The translations under genes were made by a program, and so were the position numbers. Source: Bacillota bacterium (GTDB taxonomy: Bacteria > Bacillota > Clostridia > CAKSNL01 > HGM11501). Taken from it: DNA of 23,723 nucleotides. The first letter of the stretch is position 1; the number at the start of each line of letters is the position of its first letter. The notes beneath the pieces are model-generated. The model worked only from the letters and a program-made list of their open reading frames with translations, had not been told where the DNA came from and did no database searches. The DNA lies in assembly GCA_030705805.1 (NCBI GenBank), contig JAUZPY010000025.1, positions 1 through 23,723 on the forward strand, in the 5' to 3' direction. This document shows positions 17,527-23,723 of this stretch, piece by piece.

Positions 17527-17672
17527 ATAAATTACTCCGTAATTTATTCTTTAACATAGGAAATAACTTTCCGCATCGCTTTGCTTGCGGTAAAGATTTG
17601 CATATAAATTACTCCGTAATTTATTCTTTAACATAGGAAATAACTTTCCGCATCGCTTTGCTTGCGGTAAAG
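17527..17672. repeat. Perfect 69-bp direct tandem repeat (2 copies, 8-bp spacer, period 77)
   Basis: Copy 1 at 17527-17595 and copy 2 at 17604-17672 are identical (ATAAATTACTCCGTAATTTATTCTTTAACATAGGAAATAACTTTCCGCATCGCTTTGCTTGCGGTAAAG). The spacer is ATTTGCAT. Confidence 0.95.
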
Positions 17673-17793
17673 TTATTATAACATATATATTATTATTTGT
17701 CATGTTAATTTTTTTGTAACAATATATTACGATTTAATAGCAATTTTTAAGTTATATAGTTAAACCTGTATAAATATCTGTGGAATTTGCATA

Positions 17794-17823
17794 TTGAAAT
17801 GGCATACTTTAGTATGGTATAAT
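17794..17823 (+). promoter_or_regulatory. Possible sigmaA promoter for ilvE
   Basis: TTGAAA (17794-17799), 18-nt spacer, TGgTATAAT (TATAAT at 17818-17823). Confidence 0.5.
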
Positions 17824-17889
17824 AACTAAGATGAATTATGCTATATCAAATTGTGGCATAGACAATTAATAGGAAGGCAGGTAGGCAGA

Positions 17890-18915
17890 ATGGAAAAGAA
17901 AAACATTGATTGGGCAAATCTTGGATTTGCTTATATGAAGACCGATTACAGGTACGTTTCTAATTATAAGAACGGAGCTTGGGATGAGGGTACATTAACA
18001 GAGGATAATAAGGTTGTTCTAGAAGAAAGTGCCGGTGTACTTCAATATGCTCAAACAATTTTTGAAGGTCTTAAAGCATATACCACCGAAGATGGACATA
18101 TTGTTGTTTTTAGACCTGACCTTAACGGAGACCGTCTTGAAACTTCTGCCAAGAGACTTGAAATTCCTGTTTTTCCTAAGGAACGTTTCTTAGATGCAGT
18201 TGTAAAAACAGTTGAAGCAAATATAGCATATGTTCCTCCTTTCGGCTCGGGAGCCACATTATATTTACGCCCATATATGTTTGGCAGCGATAATGTAATT
18301 GGTGTTAAGCCTGCAACGGAATATCAGTTCAGGTTATTTGCAACACCGGTTGGTCCGTATTTTAAAGGCGGAGCAAAGCCTATTACAATTAAGGTTTCTG
18401 ATTTTGACCGCGCTGCTCCCAACGGAACAGGTAACATTAAAGCCGGCCTTAACTATGCAATGAGTCTTCATGCAATAGTAACGGCACATAATGAAGGCTT
18501 TGATGAAAATATGTACCTTGATGCAAAAACACATACCAAGGTAGAGGAAACCGGCGGTGCTAACTTTATATTTGTAACTAAAGAAGGTAAGGTTGTAACA
18601 CCAAAGTCTGATACAATTCTGCCTTCTATTACAAGAAGATCTTTGATTTATGTAGCTAAAGAATACTTAGGACTTGAAGCAGAAGAACGTGAAATTTGCT
18701 TTGATGAAGTTAAGGACTTTGCGGAATGCGGACTTTGCGGTACAGCTGCTGTAATTTCTCCTGTAGGCAAGATTGTAGATCATGGCAAAGAAATATGCAT
18801 GCCTTCCGGTATGAAGGAAATGGGCCCTGTAGTAAAGAAATTGTATGAGACTTTAACCGGTATTCAAATGGGCCGTATAACTGCTCCCGAGGGCTGGATA
18901 AAGGTTATAAAATAA
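17890..18915 (+). CDS. ilvE: Branched-chain-amino-acid aminotransferase
   Basis: 341 aa, MEKKNIDWANLGFAYMKTDYRY...FEGLKAY...GTGNIKAGLNYA...TGGANFIF...PSITRRS. Start taken at ATG 17890, with GGAAGG/GGTAGG upstream. The track's TTG at 17851 adds an implausible 13 aa. Confidence 0.93.
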   Translation: MEKKNIDWANLGFAYMKTDYRYVSNYKNGAWDEGTLTEDNKVVLEESAGVLQYAQTIFEGLKAYTTEDGHIVVFRPDLNGDRLETSAKRLEIPVFPKERFLDAVVKTVEANIAYVPPFGSGATLYLRPYMFGSDNVIGVKPATEYQFRLFATPVGPYFKGGAKPITIKVSDFDRAAPNGTGNIKAGLNYAMSLHAIVTAHNEGFDENMYLDAKTHTKVEETGGANFIFVTKEGKVVTPKSDTILPSITRRSLIYVAKEYLGLEAEEREICFDEVKDFAECGLCGTAAVISPVGKIVDHGKEICMPSGMKEMGPVVKKLYETLTGIQMGRITAPEGWIKVIK

Positions 18916-18981
18916 TCTTCATGTTACCGGGTAATATATTTTTTGCTTTGCTTTAAATTCCGGAAAAAATTAAAAAAATAC

Positions 18982-19010
18982 TTGCATTTATGCAAGTAAT
19001 ATGATATATT
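18982..19010 (+). promoter_or_regulatory. Possible sigmaA promoter for rpmE
   Basis: TTGCAT (18982-18987), 17-nt spacer, TATATT (19005-19010). Confidence 0.5.
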
Positions 19011-19070
19011 AAAAAATAGCGAAAATTTGTCATATATTTTGGCAAAGTTATGAACGAGAGGTGAAGCGAA

Positions 19071-19277
19071 ATGAAACAGGGAATTCATCCGAATTATCAG
19101 CAGACAACTATTAAGTGTGCATGCGGAGAAGTTCTTGAAACCGGTTCTACAAGACAGAATATTACAGTTGAAACTTGCTCCAAGTGTCATCCTTTTTACA
19201 CAGGTAAGCAGAAGCTTGTTGATACAGGCGGCCGTGTAGAGAAATTTAGAAAGAAATTTAATCTTGAAAACAAATAA
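19071..19277 (+). CDS. rpmE: 50S ribosomal protein L31 (Zn-binding type A)
   Basis: 68 aa, [47 protein letters not shown]. Both Cys pairs are present. Confidence 0.97.
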   Translation: MKQGIHPNYQQTTIKCACGEVLETGSTRQNITVETCSKCHPFYTGKQKLVDTGGRVEKFRKKFNLENK

Positions 19278-19301
19278 AAGCGGAAATTTTCCGCTTTTTT
19301 T
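19278..19301 (+). terminator. Rho-independent terminator of rpmE
   Basis: AAGCGGAA / TTCCGCTT hairpin immediately after the stop codon, followed by a T7 run. Confidence 0.85.
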
Positions 19302-19312
19302 GTTTATATAGC

Positions 19313-19341
19313 TTGTTTTAAAAAATATTTAATGATATAAT
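19313..19341 (+). promoter_or_regulatory. Possible sigmaA promoter for the ycxB-like/miaB/mutS unit
   Basis: TTGTTT (19313-19318), 17-nt spacer, TGaTATAAT (TATAAT at 19336-19341). Confidence 0.5.
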
Positions 19342-19365
19342 AACTTAGAATAATGCTGAGCGGCG

Positions 19366-19398
19366 GAAATTTATTTCCTATAAAAAGAAATAAATTTC
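19366..19398 (+). repeat. Perfect 12-bp inverted repeat (hairpin) in the 5' leader of the ycxB-like gene
   Basis: GAAATTTATTTC (19366-19377), 9-nt loop, GAAATAAATTTC (19387-19398). Confidence 0.9.
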
Positions 19399-19453
19399 AG
19401 AGTAATTTACGATATAACCATTTGTTATCTTATTCTAATAAAGGTGGAAGAAT

Positions 19454-20029
19454 ATGTTGAAAATAAGGGTGGATAAGCTTACATTTAATGAGTTTTCTGA
19501 ATATGTAAACAGTACTTTTGCAAGAAATGTAAGGTATGCTCTTACAATTTTCATGTCTCTTTCGTCCTTGGGCATTTTGATCGGCATAGCTCTCAAATGG
19601 AGTGAAAGCTCTATACAGACGCTTTTCTGGTGCTTTGGCATAATTCTTTTCATGATTATACTTACAAATATCAGCATTAAAGCTATATATAATAAATCCG
19701 GTTTGGGAGGTACTCTTTGCAGATATTCTTTTGATGAGAGCGGTATGGACATAAATATGGGCAAACTTAAAGGTGATCTTTCATGGGAATACGTAAAGAA
19801 AGTCAAAGAGACAAAGAATCTGATTATAATAAACGTTCAGGGCAGCACTTTTATTTTACCTAAGCGCTGCTGTGATGCAGATGAGCTTTTAAATCTTTTG
19901 AAAGTAGCTTTGCCTGAAGATAAAATTTCAGAACAAAAATACAAAGAAAAAGACAGGGATGATTCCATTGAAGATAGACGAAAAGGAAATAATAAGACAA
20001 AAAGAAATAATGGACAAGGTAAAGACTAA
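19454..20029 (+). CDS. YcxB-like membrane protein (two TM helices plus a C-terminal soluble domain) with a basic tail
   Basis: 191 aa. AAGGTGGA RBS. Two hydrophobic segments (ALTIFMSLSSLGILIGIAL, LFWCFGIILFMIILTNISI) are followed by ...SWEYVKKVKETKNLIIINVQGSTFILPKR, a pattern I associate with the YcxB family. Confidence 0.7.
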   Translation: MLKIRVDKLTFNEFSEYVNSTFARNVRYALTIFMSLSSLGILIGIALKWSESSIQTLFWCFGIILFMIILTNISIKAIYNKSGLGGTLCRYSFDESGMDINMGKLKGDLSWEYVKKVKETKNLIIINVQGSTFILPKRCCDADELLNLLKVALPEDKISEQKYKEKDRDDSIEDRRKGNNKTKRNNGQGKD

Positions 20030-21344
20030 AAATCCTGCCGGATTACTTTGTAAGATAGTTACTCTGGGATGCCAGCAAAATGAAAGCGATTCCGAAAAGC
20101 TTGCCGGAATGCTTACAAAAATGGGTTATGGTTTTACCGAAGACTCCGAAAATGCCTCTCTGATACTTTTTAATACTTGTGCCGTAAGAGAAAATGCGGA
20201 GAAAAAGCTGTTCGGTAAAATCGGAGCATTAAAATTGCTTAAAGAAAAAAATCCGGACCTTCTTATCGGAGTATGCGGATGCTTGCCTCAGCAAAAAGTC
20301 ATGGAAGAAAAATTTAAGAAAAGCTACAAATTTGTAGATATTGTTTTTGGAACGCATAGCCTTTATAGGTTTCCTGAAATTTTATATAAAGCAATTTCCG
20401 ACCATAAGGCGGTAAGAGATATTGCCGATATAGAAGGAGAAGTATCCGAGGGTATTCCTACCTTGCGCAGCAATGGTATAAAAGCCTATGTTTCAATTAT
20501 GTACGGCTGTAATAACTTTTGCAGCTATTGCGTAGTGCCTTACGTTAGAGGCAGAGAAAGAAGCCGAGATTATCGGGATATTTTACAGGAAATAAATGAA
20601 CTTTCAAAATCCGGATATAAAGAAGTAATGCTGCTGGGTCAGAATGTTAATTCTTACAGCGGCGGACTTGACTTTGCCAATCTTTTAAAAAAAGTCAGTG
20701 ATATAGAAGATATAGAGCGTATTCGCTTTATGACCTCTCATCCAAAGGATCTAAGCGATGAGGTTATAGATATAATGGCAGAGCGGGAAAACATATGTAA
20801 TCAGCTTCATCTTCCCGTCCAGTCAGGCAGCGACAGGATGCTGGAAAAAATGAACAGAAGATATGATATAGAGCACTACATGGGAATTGTTAATAAGCTA
20901 AAGTCAAAGATTCCGGATGTTGCTTTATCAACCGATATTATAGTTGGCTTTCCGGGTGAGACCATGGAGGATTTTGAAAAGACCATGGAGCTTCTTAAGA
21001 AAGTAAGATATGATACAATTTATTCATTTATATATTCCAGAAGGTATGGGACACCTGCCTACGATATGCCTGACGTTATGTCGGAAGAGGACAAGCATAA
21101 AAACTTTGAAAGAATGTTAGAGCTGCAAAACAGCATATCGCTTGAGAAAAATAAGGCTCTTGTGGGGACTGTTCAGACAGTACTTGTAGAGGGCCTCAGC
21201 AAAACAAATAAATTAATGCAAAGCGGAAGAAATGAAGGCGGAAAGCTTGTGCATTTTAAAGGGACAAATGATTTGGTTGGAAAATTTGTTTCAGTGAAAA
21301 TAACTGAAGTAAATACGTGGACGCTTACAGGAGAACTGATATAA
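19959..21344 (+). CDS. miaB: tRNA-2-methylthio-N6-dimethylallyladenosine synthase (radical SAM methylthiotransferase)
   Basis: 461 aa. Contains the N-terminal UPF0004 Cys triad region (TLGCQQNESDSEKL...FNTCAVRE...GVCGC), the radical SAM CNNFCSYC motif and a C-terminal TRAM domain. The start is ambiguous (ATG 19959, TTG 19968 or ATG 20010). The long form overlaps the previous ORF by 71 nt. Confidence 0.93.
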   Translation: MIPLKIDEKEIIRQKEIMDKVKTKNPAGLLCKIVTLGCQQNESDSEKLAGMLTKMGYGFTEDSENASLILFNTCAVRENAEKKLFGKIGALKLLKEKNPDLLIGVCGCLPQQKVMEEKFKKSYKFVDIVFGTHSLYRFPEILYKAISDHKAVRDIADIEGEVSEGIPTLRSNGIKAYVSIMYGCNNFCSYCVVPYVRGRERSRDYRDILQEINELSKSGYKEVMLLGQNVNSYSGGLDFANLLKKVSDIEDIERIRFMTSHPKDLSDEVIDIMAERENICNQLHLPVQSGSDRMLEKMNRRYDIEHYMGIVNKLKSKIPDVALSTDIIVGFPGETMEDFEKTMELLKKVRYDTIYSFIYSRRYGTPAYDMPDVMSEEDKHKNFERMLELQNSISLEKNKALVGTVQTVLVEGLSKTNKLMQSGRNEGGKLVHFKGTNDLVGKFVSVKITEVNTWTLTGELI

Positions 21345-21371
21345 GGGGTTGATTAGGTGATTTCTGTTGAC

Positions 21372-23723
21372 ATGAACAGACTGTCTGCTATGATGCGTGA
21401 ATACGTAAAGACTAAAGCAGAGTATACAGACTGTATACTCATGTACCGTTTGGGCGATTTTTATGAAATGTTTTTTGATGATGCGAAAACAGCATCAAGA
21501 GAGCTTGATTTAACGCTGACCGGAAAAGACTGCGGCCTTGAGGAACGCGCGCCCATGTGCGGCATACCGTTTCATGCTGCAGATACTTATATAGCAAGGT
21601 TGGTTTCTAAAGGCTATAAAGTTGCTATATGCGAGCAGATGGAAGACCCAAAAGAAGCCAAAGGCCTTGTTAAGCGTGACGTAATCAGAGTTGTAACACC
21701 GGGTACTATCTTGGATTCTGCCGTGCTTGACTTGAGGCCTGCAAACTATATGTGCTGCATAAATAAGAAGGAAAAGAGCATGGGACTTGCAATTGCTGAT
21801 GTTTCAACAGGTGAAGTTCTTGTTACCTTTTTAAATGATGATGCATTTTCATCGGGACTTATCTCTGAGTTGGAGCGTTTTTCACCGGTTGAAATAATAT
21901 TAAATGCGGAAGCTTTTAACGATAAAAATATTATGACTTATATTACCGCTAAAACTAACGCTTTGAGCTTTTCATGTGATGAAAGCTACTTTGAATTTAA
22001 TAATTCCAAAAAAGTATTGGACGAGCAGTTTGGGCATGAAGCTGAAAAAATATATAATAATGAATCTGTTACAGGGGCTTTGGGGGCTCTTTTAAGCTAC
22101 ATAAAAGAAACACAGAAAGTTACGCTCCAGCACATAAAGGAAATAAATTATTTTGAAACAAGCCAATTTATGGAGATTGGCAGCATTGCACAAAGAAACC
22201 TTGAACTGGTTGAAAGTATGCAGGATAGAGGGAAAAGGGGTACACTTTTATGGGTACTTGACAAAACCTGCACTACTATGGGCACAAGGACAATAAAAAA
22301 TTGGATACTGAGGCCGTTAATTGATCCAATAAAAATAAAACAAAGGCAGGACGCCGTAGGAGAAATGGCCGAAAAGTTAATACTGCGCTCTGAATTAAGA
22401 GATATATTATCTAAAGTAAACGATTTGGAAAGAATGGTCAGCAGGGTATCTTTAGGCACTGTTAATCCGAGAGATTTGGTTGCTTTAAAAACTTCGCTGA
22501 TGCTGCTTCCCCAAATTAAACGTTTATCAGAGAATTTTGCTACTGATTTTATGAAAAAACACGCTGATGAAATAGATACTCTAGGTGACATTGCCAACCT
22601 CATAGATATGGCAATAGTTGACAAGGATACACCGATTTCCGTCCGTGACGGCAAGATTATTAAACCCGGATTTTCCGAACACATTGACTATTATAATAAT
22701 CTTATGACTGGTAGCAAGGGCGTTCTTTCGGATATTGAGAAGAGAGAGCGTGACAGAACTCAAATTCCAAAACTTAAAGTAGGCTATAATAAGGTATTTG
22801 GATATTACATTGAAGTATCTAACGTTAATTTATCAAAGGTTCCCGATGATTACATAAGGAAACAAACCTTAACATCAGGTGAAAGATTTATTACACAGGA
22901 GCTTAAAGAAGTTGAACGTGACGTTTTGAGTGCCTCGGAAAAGGCTATCGGGCTTGAATATGATGCTTTCATGAATATTGTCGAAGAGGTAAAAAAATAT
23001 ATTGAAAGCATTCAAAAAACCTCAAGAGCGTTAGGCATAATAGATGTTATATGCTCTTTTGCCGAGGTAGCCGTAAAAAATTCTTACTGTATGCCCATAG
23101 TAGACGCTTCTGAATATTTAGAGATCAAAGACGGGCGGCATCCTGTTGTGGAGCTTATGAACAAGGGCGAAATATTTGTGCCGAACGATACGGTTTTAAG
23201 CAGCAAGGAAGACTCTATGGCAATTATTACAGGACCTAATATGGCCGGAAAGTCTACATATATGAGGCAGGTTGCTCTTATTGTAATAATGGCTCAAATC
23301 GGAAGCTTTGTTCCGGCATCTTTTTGCAGGGTTGGAATAGCGGATAAGATATTTACAAGAGTCGGCGCATCAGACGATCTTTCTTCGGGCAGAAGCACCT
23401 ATATGGTGGAAATGAGTGAAGTTGCCGACATTGTAAACCATGCAACAAAAAAGAGCCTTATTATACTTGATGAAATCGGAAGAGGTACAAGCACCTTTGA
23501 CGGCCTTTCTATGGCATGGGCAATAGTTGAATACTGTTGCAAGGAAATAAAGGCCAGAACATTATTTGCAACTCATTATCATGAGCTTACGGAGCTTGAG
23601 AACACTTTGCCGCGTACTAAAAATTACTGTGTAGTTGTAAAAAAGCGCGGAGATGATATTATATTTTTAAGAAAGATAATTCGCGGCGGGGCAGATGAAA
23701 GCTACGGCATTGAAGTTGCAAAG
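21372..23723 (+). CDS. mutS: DNA mismatch repair protein MutS, N-terminal 784 codons, truncated by the window end
   Basis: The frame is open from 21372 to the window end. It reads MNRLSAMMREYVKTKAEYTDCILMYRLGDFYEMFFDDA, has Walker A GPNMAGKSTYMRQV, then ...STFDGLSMAWAIVEY. It is absent from the ORF track because no stop lies in the window. An alternative GTG start is at 21357. Confidence 0.96.
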   Translation, partial: MNRLSAMMREYVKTKAEYTDCILMYRLGDFYEMFFDDAKTASRELDLTLTGKDCGLEERAPMCGIPFHAADTYIARLVSKGYKVAICEQMEDPKEAKGLVKRDVIRVVTPGTILDSAVLDLRPANYMCCINKKEKSMGLAIADVSTGEVLVTFLNDDAFSSGLISELERFSPVEIILNAEAFNDKNIMTYITAKTNALSFSCDESYFEFNNSKKVLDEQFGHEAEKIYNNESVTGALGALLSYIKETQKVTLQHIKEINYFETSQFMEIGSIAQRNLELVESMQDRGKRGTLLWVLDKTCTTMGTRTIKNWILRPLIDPIKIKQRQDAVGEMAEKLILRSELRDILSKVNDLERMVSRVSLGTVNPRDLVALKTSLMLLPQIKRLSENFATDFMKKHADEIDTLGDIANLIDMAIVDKDTPISVRDGKIIKPGFSEHIDYYNNLMTGSKGVLSDIEKRERDRTQIPKLKVGYNKVFGYYIEVSNVNLSKVPDDYIRKQTLTSGERFITQELKEVERDVLSASEKAIGLEYDAFMNIVEEVKKYIESIQKTSRALGIIDVICSFAEVAVKNSYCMPIVDASEYLEIKDGRHPVVELMNKGEIFVPNDTVLSSKEDSMAIITGPNMAGKSTYMRQVALIVIMAQIGSFVPASFCRVGIADKIFTRVGASDDLSSGRSTYMVEMSEVADIVNHATKKSLIILDEIGRGTSTFDGLSMAWAIVEYCCKEIKARTLFATHYHELTELENTLPRTKNYCVVVKKRGDDIIFLRKIIRGGADESYGIEVAK

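Noticed and set aside
17527-17672. Possible miniature CRISPR array (identical direct repeats)
   Set aside because: There are only two copies, the units are 69 nt long, the spacer is 8 nt, there are no cas genes, and the repeat is far longer than CRISPR repeats. It is a tandem duplication.
17851-17889. TTG-initiated 13-aa N-terminal extension of ilvE in the ORF track
   Set aside because: The ATG at 17890 gives the conserved MEKKNIDWANLGF start and has purine-rich RBS-like sequence upstream. The extension overlaps the short leader right after the predicted promoter.
18924-19190. 88-aa minus-strand ORF spanning the ilvE-rpmE intergenic region and the rpmE 5' end
   Set aside because: It overlaps the rpmE promoter, RBS and conserved coding sequence on the other strand. 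It has AT-rich codon content and no RBS.
22148-22763. 178-aa and 60-aa minus-strand ORFs inside mutS
   Set aside because: They are antisense to an unambiguous MutS coding frame. Their Ser/Leu/Ile-rich low-complexity products are typical of shadow frames.

Overview
This is an AT-rich chromosomal segment of Firmicutes/Clostridia type, and most of it is ordinary, well-conserved housekeeping DNA. In order, it contains:
- the 3' end of an unidentified protein
- a stand-alone PTS EIIA-like gene (-)
- groES-groEL (-) with a textbook CIRCE operator and sigmaA-type promoter
- a divergent 211-aa hypothetical gene
- an asp23-family / nadK / argR / copZ-like operon
- alaS, followed by a HIT-family gene
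- carD-ispD-ispF
- an accessory-looking stretch at about 11.5-17.9 kb
- ilvE, rpmE and a YcxB-like membrane protein
- miaB, followed by the 5' 784 codons of mutS, which run off the window

The accessory stretch holds a large non-coding gap, an unclassified 572-aa protein, a cupin/AraC regulator and an 843-aa SLH-anchored surface protein.

I found no rRNA, tRNA, CRISPR array, transposase/integrase or recognisable defence genes, and I cannot honestly point to a new multi-gene system.

The most unusual content is non-coding or atypical:
1. A perfect 25-bp-arm palindrome directly abutting a GC-rich, heavily base-paired ~150-nt element, with a possible 48-aa micro-ORF, all in the gap after ispF.
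2. A perfect 69-bp tandem duplication in the 5' region of the SLH gene.
3. An EIIA-like protein that appears to lack the phospho-accepting histidine.
4. An unclassified cytoplasmic 572-aa protein paired with an AraC regulator.

All family calls come from reading the translated motifs by eye. No database search was run.
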